IMG/VR virus record: IMGVR_UViG_3300042560_002875
DNA: 64,000 bases
Source of the DNA: an uncultured virus (IMG/VR IMGVR_UViG_3300042560_002875)
Lineage: Duplodnaviria > Heunggongvirae > Uroviricota > Caudoviricetes
Direction: 5' to 3' (one strand)
The translations under genes and the position numbers were made by a program. A model generated the notes under the pieces. That model made no database searches. It saw nothing but the letters and a program-made list of their open reading frames with translations, and was not told where the DNA came from. This document shows positions 1 through 9,980 of the stretch, piece after piece (position 1 is the stretch's first letter; the number at the start of each line of letters is the position of its first letter).

Positions 1-2263
1 TGAGGGCTTGATCGGCACCATACTTGCTAGTCCTCTCTTGAGAATCAGCTGTATAGCGAGTCCGCTCAGATTCTTGTTGTTGACCAAAACGAGAGGATCG
101 CTCCTGGCTATCAGAGGAATACCGGGTGGCGTCAAGAGAGCGGTCAGCGCCATACATTTGGCCGCGGACCTGAGCCTGGGTCCCCCTTAGGGCTTGATCA
201 GCGCCGTACTTGCTGGTCCTCTCCTGGGAATCGGCCGTGTACTTGGTCCGGCCACTCTCTGCGTCCTGGCTGTAGCGGCTAATGGCCCGCTGGGTGTCAG
301 CCGTGTATCTCGTCCTGCCACTTTCCGCATCCTGCCCATAGCGGGAGGATCGCTCTTGGCTATCAGAGGAATACCGGGTGGCATCAAGGGAGCGATCAGC
401 CCCGTACATCTGACCGCGAACCTGGGCCCTGGTGCCTCTTAGGGTCTGATCAGCGCCGTACTTACTGGTTCTCTCCTGGGAGTCCGCGGTGTAACGTGTG
501 CGTCCGGTCTCCTCTTTTTGGCCGAGAGCGAATCGCTCGCTCTCCCGGTCCTGGGAGTACCGGTTGATGTCCCGCTGGGTGTCAGCTGTGTACCTGGTGC
601 GCCCCGTTTCGGCATCTTGTGAGTACCGAACGCGGCCAGTCTCCTCCCGCTGACCAAGGCCAAATCGGTCAGTTTCGGCGTCCTGTGCATAGCGAAGGCG
701 TCCAGTCTCTTCCCGCTGGCCAAGGGTGAACCTGCCAGTTTCTTGATCCTGGGCGTAGCGAGAGCGGGCGCTCTCCGCATCCTGTGAGTATCTGACCCGC
801 CCGGTCTCTTCTCGCTGGCCAAGGCCAAACCTGTCGGTTTCAGCATCTTGCGCGTAACGAAGGCGACCGGTCTCCTCTCTTTGGCCAAGAGTGAACCTTC
901 CGGTCTCTTGGTCCTGGCTGTATCGAGAGCGGGCGGTTTCTGCATCTTGCGAATACCTGACTCGCCCGGTCTCCTGTCTCTGGCCAAACTTGAATCTGCC
1001 AGTCTCTTGCTCTTGGGCAAATCGGGAACGACCCGTCTCTGCGTCCTGGGAATATCTGACTCGGCCAGTTTCCTCTCTTTGGCCAAGACCGAACCTGTCG
1101 GTCTCGGCATCCTGGGCATACCGAAGGCGACCAGTCTCTTGTTCTTGCGTGAATCGAGAGCGCCCCGTCTCTGCGTCCTGGGAGTACCTGACGCGTCCAG
1201 TTTCTTCTCTTTGGCCAAGACCAAACCTGTCGGTCTCTGCGTCCTGGGCGTAACGAAGACGTCCAGTCTCTTCTCTTTGGCCAAGATTAAATCGACCTGT
1301 CTCCGCGTCCTGAGAGTATCTGACACGTCCGGTTTCCTCTCGCTGGCCAAGGCCAAACCTATCGGTCTCGGCGTCCTGGGCGTAGCGTAGGCGGCCGGTC
1401 TCTTCTCTTTGACCAAGATTAAATCGACCTGTCTCTGCGTCCTGAGAGTATCTGACACGTCCAGTTTCTTCTCTTTGGCCAAGACCAAACCTGTCAGTCT
1501 CGGCGTCTTGAGCGTAACGAAGACGTCCAGTCTCTTCTCTTTGGCCGAGATTGAATCGACCCGTTTCTGCGTCTTGTGCGTAGCGAACGCGGCCGGTCTC
1601 TTCTCGCTGGCCAAGGGTGAATCTGCCTGTCTCCTGCTCCTGGCCGAAGCGGAAGCGGCCAGTCTCCTGGTCTTGCCCGTAACGTGATCGCCCTGTTTCT
1701 GCGTCCTGAGAATAACGATTGATTGCTGTCTGAGCATCAGTCGTATAACGGCTCCTGCCGCTTTCTGCGTCTTGGGCGTACTTTGTCCCCTCTAGTTGTC
1801 TGTCGTAGGCGTACTTCTGTCCGCCGACCCTGATGCCCTCAAGGTCTCGATCAATGACTCCTCTTTCATTCTGCAGGCGGCTTTGAATGTTTCCCTGCTC
1901 CTGCTGCAGGTAATTTTCGTTGGCCGTGTCGGCCTGTCTTAGTTGAAGCTGAATATCTCTGTCGACCCCGGACTGCCTGGTGTAACTGTCATCGGCGATG
2001 GACTGGGACTGCCGGGCATAGTCCAATGCCTTTGGCGCCATGGCATCGGTGTACCTGACGTTTAAGCCAAGCTGCTCTTCACCGATGCGCTTCCCCATTT
2101 GGAAGTCTTCTTCTGCCGCCTCTTTATAGGCCCTCGCCCGATCAGCAGCGGACTTCTGGTTGTCCTTGCTGGAGGACTTGCTCTTGCTAGAGGACTTGCT
2201 CTTGCTAGAGGAGTTGCTCTTGCTAGAGGAGTTGCTCTTGTTGTTCGACTTTTTAGGAGCCAT
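1..2263 (-). CDS. Long 11-aa-repeat protein (putative internal virion/ejection or tape-measure-like); 3' end beyond window
   Basis: ATG at 2263 (MAPKKSNNKSNSSSK...). Frame read open over the 5' part and at the window start. Alternating repeats RYAQDAETGRF/NLGQREETGRL. Absent from the ORF track because there is no stop in the window. Confidence 0.8.
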   Translation of the reverse strand, partial: MAPKKSNNKSNSSSKSNSSSKSKSSSKSKSSSKDNQKSAADRARAYKEAAEEDFQMGKRIGEEQLGLNVRYTDAMAPKALDYARQSQSIADDSYTRQSGVDRDIQLQLRQADTANENYLQQEQGNIQSRLQNERGVIDRDLEGIRVGGQKYAYDRQLEGTKYAQDAESGRSRYTTDAQTAINRYSQDAETGRSRYGQDQETGRFRFGQEQETGRFTLGQREETGRVRYAQDAETGRFNLGQREETGRLRYAQDAETDRFGLGQREETGRVRYSQDAETGRFNLGQREETGRLRYAQDAETDRFGLGQREETGRVRYSQDAETGRFNLGQREETGRLRYAQDAETDRFGLGQREETGRVRYSQDAETGRSRFTQEQETGRLRYAQDAETDRFGLGQREETGRVRYSQDAETGRSRFAQEQETGRFKFGQRQETGRVRYSQDAETARSRYSQDQETGRFTLGQREETGRLRYAQDAETDRFGLGQREETGRVRYSQDAESARSRYAQDQETGRFTLGQREETGRLRYAQDAETDRFGLGQREETGRVRYSQDAETGRTRYTADTQRDINRYSQDRESERFALGQKEETGRTRYTADSQERTSKYGADQTLRGTRAQVRGQMYGADRSLDATRYSSDSQERSSRYGQDAESGRTRYTADTQRAISRYSQDAESGRTKYTADSQERTSKYGADQALRGTQAQVRGQMYGADRSLDATRYSSDSQERSSRFGQQQESERTRYTADSQERTSKYGADQAL

Positions 2264-2266
2264 TGT

Positions 2267-2905
2267 TTACGCCCCGAACATCCCCAGAACCGTCCCCAGC
2301 AGCGCTGGTGCGTTTGCCGCTAGCACTGTTCCGAGCTTGGGTCTCATTCTTTCCTGCATTTCCATCATTCGTTGGTAGCTTCTTTCCCTTTCCCGCTCTT
2401 CAGCATTGATCGCGTACTGAAGGCCGTTTGTGAGAAGATTAGATTGCTGTGCCAGGACCCCATCGTTGACCATGGGGAACACAGCCTGAAAAGCGGTCGT
2501 AGCACCCTTCCTCTGCGTGGCATCGTAACTTTCGCTTGCTTGCCCCGCGGTCACTATGGTCTTTCTGTCCTGCTCTCCCTTGCCTTCGCCTATCTGTATG
2601 GTCGATGCCGTCTTGACAGGAATGATCCGGTTCAGCAGCTCGGTTTCACTAGCCTGCTTTGCGATACCACGCGTTAGATCGTTATCCTTGCCTTGCTCCC
2701 CACGGTTGAACGCTTTGTTTGCGTTTTGCTCGTCAATTGCGGTGAGCCCTCTCAGTTGCCCAAAGAAATCCTGCTGGGCCAGGGCTCGCCGCGTTCGCTC
2801 TTCGGCCTCCTTTTCCAGCCGCAGCCTCCTTTGATCGTTTCGCGCCGCTGTCGACTGGCTGGGGTCAATAGCTTTGCCGACCCCGTAGAGAAAGTTCCCA
2901 ACCAT
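2267..2905 (-). CDS. Hypothetical phage protein, putative virion
   Basis: 212-aa ORF co-oriented and abutting neighbours; hydrophobic C-terminus. Confidence 0.65.
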   Translation of the reverse strand: MVGNFLYGVGKAIDPSQSTAARNDQRRLRLEKEAEERTRRALAQQDFFGQLRGLTAIDEQNANKAFNRGEQGKDNDLTRGIAKQASETELLNRIIPVKTASTIQIGEGKGEQDRKTIVTAGQASESYDATQRKGATTAFQAVFPMVNDGVLAQQSNLLTNGLQYAINAEERERERSYQRMMEMQERMRPKLGTVLAANAPALLGTVLGMFGA

Positions 2906-2942
2906 GGCCTAATCTCCTCGGATGCCAGACTTGTCAGTCATG

Positions 2943-3476
2943 CTAGCCCGGCCGGAAATAGGAGAGTCGAGGTGCGGTCCATAGATCCTTGTTTGAGTTG
3001 ATTAGATCCGCCTGAAATGCAAGGGGCACGGCTGCTCCCAAGTTGTTGACATTGGCAGCTATCTCGCTTGCGTCCTGAAGTGCTTTGATCCCCACGTCAG
3101 TCATGGATGGTCGTTGTTCTATGGACTTCTGATATGCATTCATCAGGGATTTGCCCCCCTCGGTAGGGAAGCCAGCTACAGCATTAGCGATATTGGCTAA
3201 CGCACCTGTATTGGCAAGAGCAAAGAGGCGATCACTGAATTTAGGCTTGGCCGACTTCGCGCTGCCGGGTGCAAGTTCTCGCAAGCTTTGCTCGTGCTTC
3301 CACCTATCGGACTCCAGTTCCGTATCAAGACGCAGCTGGCTCGCTCTGAGCTCGGCGTCCTGCTCATCTCTGCTCCGCTGGGCGGCGGCGAACCCACCAG
3401 CGCCGGGGATAATCTGCGGGCCCGGCAGTCCCCTTGTTAGGTCTGCGAATGTGCTTTGCGGCAGGATGTATGCCAT
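2943..3476 (-). CDS. Hypothetical phage protein
   Basis: 177-aa ORF coupled to the upstream gene at 3476. Confidence 0.65.
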   Translation of the reverse strand: MAYILPQSTFADLTRGLPGPQIIPGAGGFAAAQRSRDEQDAELRASQLRLDTELESDRWKHEQSLRELAPGSAKSAKPKFSDRLFALANTGALANIANAVAGFPTEGGKSLMNAYQKSIEQRPSMTDVGIKALQDASEIAANVNNLGAAVPLAFQADLINSNKDLWTAPRLSYFRPG

Positions 3477-4150
3477 TAGGCGAATCCCCCAAGAGCGTAT
3501 TGAGCGAGAGCGGTGGAGAACCCGTTGTCCTGTACGGGTGGCCGATTGACTACCCCGTAAAGAGCAGAGCGATAGGCATCGAGTCCGCGGGCTCTCTCTT
3601 CAAGCAGCATTTGATCTGCGTACCCGCGTAACGCCAAATCTTGCTGACTGCGCATCAAAGGAAGCGAAGCCTCCTGAGCTTCTCTTTGGAGTCGCGCCTG
3701 AGACTCGAACAGCCGCTCATTCATCCTGATCTGCTGCGAGAGGGCGTCCCCCTTTGTGAACCCTGCCACCCCTTGACCGACGTTGGCCCCTACCCCTGCA
3801 AGAGCCAATCCGCCGAGGGCCCCGCCAATGGTTCCCCCCACTTGACCACCGAGTCTCACTCCGGGGATGTCTGGATTCAATGGCTTACCAGTGCGGTAAG
3901 CAAGGGATCGCCCGCCCCTCCTGCCCAGGTACGAGCCAAGGAGCGCCCCGGGAATTCCAACACCAAGGCTGCCCACTGCGGCACCTATGTTGTCAGACGT
4001 ATCACGCGTGGGATCGGGATTATTCAGCTGGCTTGCTGCTTGGAAGATGAGTGGCCCGTAGGTCGCAGCAGCCATCAGCCCCTGGCGGGTCATGAGTCCC
4101 GACAATCCAGACAGGAATGAGCCACCTGCGGCTAGAGCGGGCAGCGGCAT
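3476..4150 (-). CDS. Glycine-zipper-like putative virion/ejection protein
   Basis: GxxxG-rich hydrophobic segments followed by a Q/R/E-rich helix. Confidence 0.6.
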   Translation of the reverse strand: MPLPALAAGGSFLSGLSGLMTRQGLMAAATYGPLIFQAASQLNNPDPTRDTSDNIGAAVGSLGVGIPGALLGSYLGRRGGRSLAYRTGKPLNPDIPGVRLGGQVGGTIGGALGGLALAGVGANVGQGVAGFTKGDALSQQIRMNERLFESQARLQREAQEASLPLMRSQQDLALRGYADQMLLEERARGLDAYRSALYGVVNRPPVQDNGFSTALAQYALGGFA

Positions 4151-4202
4151 TGTTCAGGGCTCCTCATTGTGTTGATTCTAGTGAGCATCGATAGGTGGCC
4201 TG

Positions 4203-4670
4203 TTAGGAGAAAGCATTGATACCGGCACTGATGAGAGGCCCGACGCCTGGGATAAAGCTTGCAGCAGAGCTGACAAGTCCGAGGACTCCTCTTCTCCTTT
4301 GTTGTCCTTGGGCCCTCTTTTGTGCTTCCTCCTGGGCCTCCTTCGCAATCTTGGAGGTACTGTCTTGCAGTTTGAAGCCTCTTTCCTGAGCCTCGAGCGC
4401 AAAGTCGTGTTCGTCATCCTCGTAGGCTTTTTGCCAGTCCTCAAGTGAGTCCTGCGCGAAGCTGTCCTTGGCGCCGCTGTATTTGAACTGGGAGCTGCCA
4501 AACTTATTGTCAAATGGATTGAAACTGCTGGAGATATTGCTTTTGTAGGCGGGGTCCTTGTCGAAGGAAGGCCAGGCGCTGGAGCGTGCTTTCCTAGCGG
4601 CGCGTGCTCGATCAAATGCGAGCTTTTGAGACTGCATTCGATCGTCTCTGCCGGCGGAGTAGTAACTCAT
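4203..4670 (-). CDS. Hypothetical phage protein
   Basis: 155 aa; shares an AGR(E/D)D.M..QKLA..RAR motif with the 4667-5098 ORF. Confidence 0.65.
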   Translation of the reverse strand: MSYYSAGRDDRMQSQKLAFDRARAARKARSSAWPSFDKDPAYKSNISSSFNPFDNKFGSSQFKYSGAKDSFAQDSLEDWQKAYEDDEHDFALEAQERGFKLQDSTSKIAKEAQEEAQKRAQGQQRRRGVLGLVSSAASFIPGVGPLISAGINAFS

Positions 4671-5098
4671 GGGTTAAAGGCTTTCGAGGGGTCAAAGCCC
4701 CAAGAGCTACGCGTGTTTAGAAAATCAGAGGTTACATCCCTTACTGCCTGTGGAACCTCATTCCGCCTCGACATATTGAAGGTCGTCTCTATGGGCCGAG
4801 TGTTGTCAGTTTTTGGCCGGAACAATCCCTGCTCCTTTGCAATTCCTAAAGCAGTTGAAGCAGCGTTGGCCGCAGAAGATACCCAGTCCTTCGGCTGGAA
4901 TGGCACCTTGTATTCCTTGGCCATTTTCTCTCCTTGTTTGTATTCATTTTCAAGTAGTTCGCGCTTCTTCTCTCGGGCGCGCTCCAGTGCAAGCTTTTGT
5001 CTTTCCATCTGATCCTCCCTACCCGCAAAGGCGCGATATCCGCCGCCCTCGAAGGCGTTGCTGAACGGACTCGCTCCTGGGTTAAACGGATCGAACAT
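4667..5098 (-). CDS. Hypothetical phage protein
   Basis: 143 aa; ATGA-type overlap with the next gene. Confidence 0.65.
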   Translation of the reverse strand: MFDPFNPGASPFSNAFEGGGYRAFAGREDQMERQKLALERAREKKRELLENEYKQGEKMAKEYKVPFQPKDWVSSAANAASTALGIAKEQGLFRPKTDNTRPIETTFNMSRRNEVPQAVRDVTSDFLNTRSSWGFDPSKAFNP

Positions 5099-5122
5099 GG
5101 GAAAAGGTGCCCGGTTTCAATT

Positions 5123-6439
5123 CTAGTACGCTTCCACGGGTGTCAATTCTTCTGACTGCTTCTGGCGGTTTTCCTCCGCATTGGCCGCCCTGCGCATCTG
5201 CTCCATCAGCGAGGCTCCGGCAGCCGTGATACTGAGTCCAGCAGCTGAGCCGCCAACGCCTCCGAGGAAGAGTGCATCTTCTATTTGGTTCTGAGCCTGT
5301 CTCTTCCGTTGTGAGGTTTTAGAGATCAACCTGTTGAGGTCCCTGCTTTTTTGCTCAGCCCTCTCGCGCTCCTGGTTAATAGAGGCGGCCCATCCGGATA
5401 GACGTGAATCCTCGGAGGTGGGAGACATGCGATCCAGTCTCTCGATCTCGCGATCCACTTCCAGTGCTTGCTTGCGGAGTTGGCCGATTTTATCGTCCAT
5501 TCTTTGTTGGGCCTGGAATTTATTGATCCTCCCGCTGGATGCCAGTCGCTTGCCGGCCATCCTCACTCCAAGGGCCCCTCCGGCAACGCCAGCCGCGACG
5601 GGGAGAATCCCGGTCAAAAGTGGAATCGGCTTGCCCAACAGGTTGACTTCCGCTCCGTGAATCCCGTCCATGTTGACCTTCACGGGCATGGGGTTTCCAT
5701 GAAGGTAGGCCTTGTAGGACTCGTATTCGTCCCTAGAAACGTCTGGTCGTTCCTGAATGAAATCCTTGTACGGCAGAAGGCTTCCTGTCATGCCAAGCGA
5801 GCGCAGTCCAGCCTCCATGAGTGGATTGGAGGACTCAGTTCGATCCTCCTCATCAGGGAGTACCGCCGAATATCCAGGCTGCCGGAAGAGGTTCCCGACT
5901 GCGGCGCTGGCCCCTAGGACGAGGGGGAAAGTCGCAGAGACTGCGTAGTGCTGGCGAGTAAATGGAGTCTTCGGCGCGCCTGGTATTCCCCTGAGGGAAT
6001 GATGCATAGCCTGCTGCCCCGCGGCAGATGAGGCTGCCTGGAAGGCGTTGATGAACCACCACAGGGATTGCGCGCCTTGGCTGGTGGCGTCTGCCGCAAG
6101 CATTCCTGCTCCTTGGGCTGCTCGTCGCGCTGCCTCTGCGGCAATCCCGTCTTTCTTTGGAATCGAGTCGGGGTACTCGCCCAATCGGACTGTTTGATCA
6201 CGGAAAACCGGATCCTCGAGGCGTTCACGGTCGAACTCCTCCATTTGCTTTTTGCTATACCCGCCGGGGAGGCCTGCCATGGCCTGGCGGATTGCATGTA
6301 GAGACTGGGGCCTTTGGGCGAGCACCTCGAAGGGGCTCAATTCACGGTTTTCCCCGTTGATCCGAGTGGAGGCCCGGTAGGCGTGAGCGGCGATGTCTCT
6401 TAGCCCCAGCCCTGTTCGCGGGATCTTCGGGAACTCCAT
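5123..6439 (-). CDS. Hypothetical phage protein (coiled coil plus hydrophobic segments)
   Basis: 438-aa ORF in the operon. Confidence 0.7.
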   Translation of the reverse strand: MEFPKIPRTGLGLRDIAAHAYRASTRINGENRELSPFEVLAQRPQSLHAIRQAMAGLPGGYSKKQMEEFDRERLEDPVFRDQTVRLGEYPDSIPKKDGIAAEAARRAAQGAGMLAADATSQGAQSLWWFINAFQAASSAAGQQAMHHSLRGIPGAPKTPFTRQHYAVSATFPLVLGASAAVGNLFRQPGYSAVLPDEEDRTESSNPLMEAGLRSLGMTGSLLPYKDFIQERPDVSRDEYESYKAYLHGNPMPVKVNMDGIHGAEVNLLGKPIPLLTGILPVAAGVAGGALGVRMAGKRLASSGRINKFQAQQRMDDKIGQLRKQALEVDREIERLDRMSPTSEDSRLSGWAASINQERERAEQKSRDLNRLISKTSQRKRQAQNQIEDALFLGGVGGSAAGLSITAAGASLMEQMRRAANAEENRQKQSEELTPVEAY

Positions 6440-7077
6440 CAGCCAAGTCCCCCGAGGCCAGGGAAGCCCTCGAAGCCATACGAGGACAGCGCTGCTCCAG
6501 CCCCGCCATAGCCAGCCAGTGCCTGGGTCCGGCGCTGCCGCTCTTGTTCCGCTTCTGCCAGAATCTGTTCGCGATAGGCGCGCTTGTCGTTCTCCTGCAT
6601 GGCCATGGCGACCTGGTTGTAGCGCTCGATGGCGCTATTGGTGAAGGGGTTCTGGACGACGCCAGACCCCCAGAGCGCTGTTTCGGCCCCCATGCCGGCC
6701 ACACCCTGGATGCCCATTTCCCAGCCTGGAGATAGCGGGCGCTTGCTGACACGGCCAATCCCTCTACTCAAACCCGCGCCGAGCAGTCGTCCCCCCATCC
6801 CGACGGGAATCGAGGTGGCCGCGTCAAATGCTGCGGCACCGGCTCTTTCCCCGAATGACGCGCCTTCGTATCCTGTGGCCCTGTCTTGTCCGGGCAGGGA
6901 GAAGCCAGTCATTCCAGCAAAGAGGAGGTTGCTGCCCAGGTCCATGGCGATATCTGGCGCCGCAGCGGAGAGGGACTCCATGGAGCGAATGCGCGGACCA
7001 GCGGCCAACCCCGGGTAGAGGACCTTGAGTGCCTTCGAGGCGAACGGAGCAGCAGCTGCAAATCGAAGGGGAAGCAT
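6439..7077 (-). CDS. Gly/Ala-rich hypothetical protein
   Basis: 212-aa ORF coupled at 6439. Confidence 0.65.
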   Translation of the reverse strand: MLPLRFAAAAPFASKALKVLYPGLAAGPRIRSMESLSAAAPDIAMDLGSNLLFAGMTGFSLPGQDRATGYEGASFGERAGAAAFDAATSIPVGMGGRLLGAGLSRGIGRVSKRPLSPGWEMGIQGVAGMGAETALWGSGVVQNPFTNSAIERYNQVAMAMQENDKRAYREQILAEAEQERQRRTQALAGYGGAGAALSSYGFEGFPGLGGLG

Positions 7078-7083
7078 GGCGTG

Positions 7084-7377
7084 TTAGGCGGAAGGGCCTG
7101 GTTGGGGTCCGAAGTTCATCCCGGGCCCGGCCAAATGACGCGCCGTCCACTCCTCGAAGTAGCCAGGGTTCTTGGCGGCGTCCTCTCCGAAAGGGGCGTA
7201 CATTCCAACCCGGTCAAATTCAGGTGATCCGATTGTCTTGGCCATTCCATGGCTGCGCGGCAGGGGGCCAGAAGGGTTGTCGCCCTGTTTCCTCTTGGCC
7301 TCAAGACCCTTCGCAAGTCCATACATCACGGACCTGTCTCGTGCTTGTTGTCGCGCCGGATTTAGCGGGAAAGCCAC
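7084..7377 (-). CDS. Hypothetical protein
   Basis: 97-aa ORF filling the operon gap. Confidence 0.5.
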   Translation of the reverse strand: MAFPLNPARQQARDRSVMYGLAKGLEAKRKQGDNPSGPLPRSHGMAKTIGSPEFDRVGMYAPFGEDAAKNPGYFEEWTARHLAGPGMNFGPQPGPSA

Positions 7378-7412
7378 AAAGGAATACCAGCCTCACCACA
7401 GTCTAGGAGGAA

Positions 7413-9893
7413 TCAATTTGGCTGGAAAACCCTGTTCCTGCTTCTGAGTTGAGCGAGCAGCCCGAGACTTTCCAACTCTTCCTGCGTAGCCGGCAATTCA
7501 TCTCTGCCTAGTGGGCGGACGGAGGGTTCAATCTGTTCCCTCCTGTAAGTCGAGGCAGAGGGATTTACGCGTGAGGCGGGGAAGAACTCTCCCTGTTGGG
7601 TGGATGCATTTCTGACTCCTGCGCGTGGCACGCTTGCGGCCCGGCGCGCCATATAGTCTGCCACTTCGTCGATGTAGCTTGGAGTGTATTGGCCGCCCAA
7701 GTCGCTCACTGGTAGAGACATCTGGCCCGATTGACGCAGTATCCTCCTGGCGGCCTCTGCTTGAGGATGGGCTTCATTGAGATTGATCCCCAGCTGCACG
7801 ACTCTCGGGTCCACTCGAGGTGCTGCCGTGGACCGCTCGAAGCCTTGAGGTCTCCAGGTCTTCCAGAATTCGTTTGGTGATGACTGCCCTGCCGAGGGGG
7901 TTTCCGTCGCCGCGCCAGTGAGGGGGGCAAGGAGGTCTCGCCGGGCCCCGCCGGAGGAGCCCAATACCTCCTGCTCGAGGATTCTCCTTGCGTGGCTGCC
8001 CGGTCGGAACAGATGAGACAGCCTTGGATCCCCTTGGATCTGTTCTGCTGTCAGGCGTCCACTCGCAAGCATCGGAGCAATGACGTCCCTGATCCCATCG
8101 GCAGTCCTCGGGCTTTGCATAAAAGCCCCCTTGCCAAGCCGATTCAATGTGCCCTCGAACCCCGATTCGTACTGGCTCATTCCGCCACGTCGTGACCCAA
8201 ATTCCTCTCCCCTGATTCGCTCAAGGGGCGTGGGCATAAGGAATGAAGGCCCCTCCGCCCGCTCCTGCAAGGGCAAGAATCGGCCTGTGTAAGTGCCGCC
8301 TCGGTCAACCTCGGGCACTATCGATTGAAGAAGCTGGCCATCTTTGTAGACGTCAAGCCGACCTCCAAACGAATTCATTGGCCGACCCGTCTCGCTGTCG
8401 ATATCGGCAGACTGCTGCCTGAGCATGGCAACACGCGCTTTCAATCCCTCAGGGGAAACACTCAGCAAGGGGGTGTCAGCCGAGACAATTTCAAATCCTT
8501 CGTCAGACTTCGTCAACAGAGCAGCAAGGCTTACAGGGCGATCAGCCTGCGGCGCAAGTCTTGTCCGGACCTGTAACTGGGGGATGTTGTTTAGCTCTGC
8601 CCTGATGAAGTCGTCGTCTCGATTTAGTGGAAGGCCGACCCTGTATGCCTGCTCAGGAACCTGCTTCACGTAGTCACCATAGGGGCCTCTCATCGCGATA
8701 TCACGCGTCATCATGAGTGGCTCGTCGCCATCCATCGGTGCAAAGATTGGCTTGCCGTCTAAATGGCCGATAAGGGTTCCATCTGGTTCCGAGAGGGGCT
8801 TGAACCGACCGTTGCGCCACGCTTGAATCAGCGCCGATCTCGGCATTATTGGGGTTTTGGCCTCTTCTTGAATTTCCCTGACGCGCTCTCCAAGTAGGAC
8901 GTCTTTTGTTCGCTCGAACGCGGCAGTGCTATCCGGATTCGGTGTTGCCTGGTCGACAGCGATTTGCGGGTCTATCATTGTTCTCCTTGCGATCCCATCA
9001 GCGCCGACGACGACGATTGGTTCCAGGGAGTTCAATGCCGCCTCAGTTCCAATTGCTCTTTGTCGCAGCGAGATCGTCCCAGGATCTTGAGACCTAAACC
9101 CCAGCGCATCGCCCGAAAGGCGTTCATTTTCCAGTGACTCACTGGCATAGCGCCCCCTGGCTGCTAAGGGCGTGTCTGACGGAAGGCCGGTTTTCCAGTC
9201 GATAGGAAATGTTTCGACTGGCGCCCCTCCCGAGTAATCCATGGACACCCGATCTCTGTATAACGGGGTCCGAGGGGCTTCACTGAGGAATTCGCGGTAG
9301 AAATCAATCCGGGCGGGGTCTTGGTCTAGTCCAAGGCTCCGATTTCTGGAGTCGGGGGAGCTGAGTCCAAGGGACGTGGTTTTCGGGTGGCCGCGCTTCG
9401 CTTCAGCAGGGGAGGGGGTCAAGAATTCACCTCTGCTTATGAGCTCTTTCCTGGTGTTTTTCCCTGTAATCGAGGGATCGACGACCGTTACAGAATCAGC
9501 AATCCCCGAAATTAGGCTTGCCAGCGAGCTTTTTAAGGGAGTTCGCTCTGGGGTGTCTTCAGGCTCGTAAAAGGGGCGCGACACGCTAGAAACATTGTTT
9601 GGCCGCTGTCCTAGTTCCTCTTCGGAGGGCGTAAACCACCTTCCTTGGGCCACGCTTCCGCGGTCAGCCAGTGGAGGTTCGTAGGGGATGACAGAAATCG
9701 GTTCGATGCTGCGATTTCCACCCAGGTAGGCCTCCGTGACGGGGAAAGCTACTTCCTGTCTTGTCCCGTCTGGACGAGGTAAGCCAAAAACTCCCCCACC
9801 AACGGTCTTGAATTTGCGTCGCCCTGCTACTTCGAGCCCATTCCACCTGTCGGGCAAGCGACCTGGAGAACCAAAAAACCCTGATTGCACCAC
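7413..9893 (-). CDS. Large hypothetical phage protein, putative internal virion
   Basis: 826-aa ORF; no recognisable motif. Confidence 0.75.
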   Translation of the reverse strand: MVQSGFFGSPGRLPDRWNGLEVAGRRKFKTVGGGVFGLPRPDGTRQEVAFPVTEAYLGGNRSIEPISVIPYEPPLADRGSVAQGRWFTPSEEELGQRPNNVSSVSRPFYEPEDTPERTPLKSSLASLISGIADSVTVVDPSITGKNTRKELISRGEFLTPSPAEAKRGHPKTTSLGLSSPDSRNRSLGLDQDPARIDFYREFLSEAPRTPLYRDRVSMDYSGGAPVETFPIDWKTGLPSDTPLAARGRYASESLENERLSGDALGFRSQDPGTISLRQRAIGTEAALNSLEPIVVVGADGIARRTMIDPQIAVDQATPNPDSTAAFERTKDVLLGERVREIQEEAKTPIMPRSALIQAWRNGRFKPLSEPDGTLIGHLDGKPIFAPMDGDEPLMMTRDIAMRGPYGDYVKQVPEQAYRVGLPLNRDDDFIRAELNNIPQLQVRTRLAPQADRPVSLAALLTKSDEGFEIVSADTPLLSVSPEGLKARVAMLRQQSADIDSETGRPMNSFGGRLDVYKDGQLLQSIVPEVDRGGTYTGRFLPLQERAEGPSFLMPTPLERIRGEEFGSRRGGMSQYESGFEGTLNRLGKGAFMQSPRTADGIRDVIAPMLASGRLTAEQIQGDPRLSHLFRPGSHARRILEQEVLGSSGGARRDLLAPLTGAATETPSAGQSSPNEFWKTWRPQGFERSTAAPRVDPRVVQLGINLNEAHPQAEAARRILRQSGQMSLPVSDLGGQYTPSYIDEVADYMARRAASVPRAGVRNASTQQGEFFPASRVNPSASTYRREQIEPSVRPLGRDELPATQEELESLGLLAQLRSRNRVFQPN

Positions 9894-9980
9894 GAATCGA
9901 GCGCGTCTTGCTGTCAGACCAGTCTATCGGGGTTGATTTTGTTGTCTTACGGGGACACGGGGCGCCTGATTTTCCCTGAA

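Noticed and set aside
439..1737. 432-aa minus-strand ORF and the antisense ORFs in the track
   Set aside because: Shadow frames of the 11-aa-repeat gene starting at 2263.
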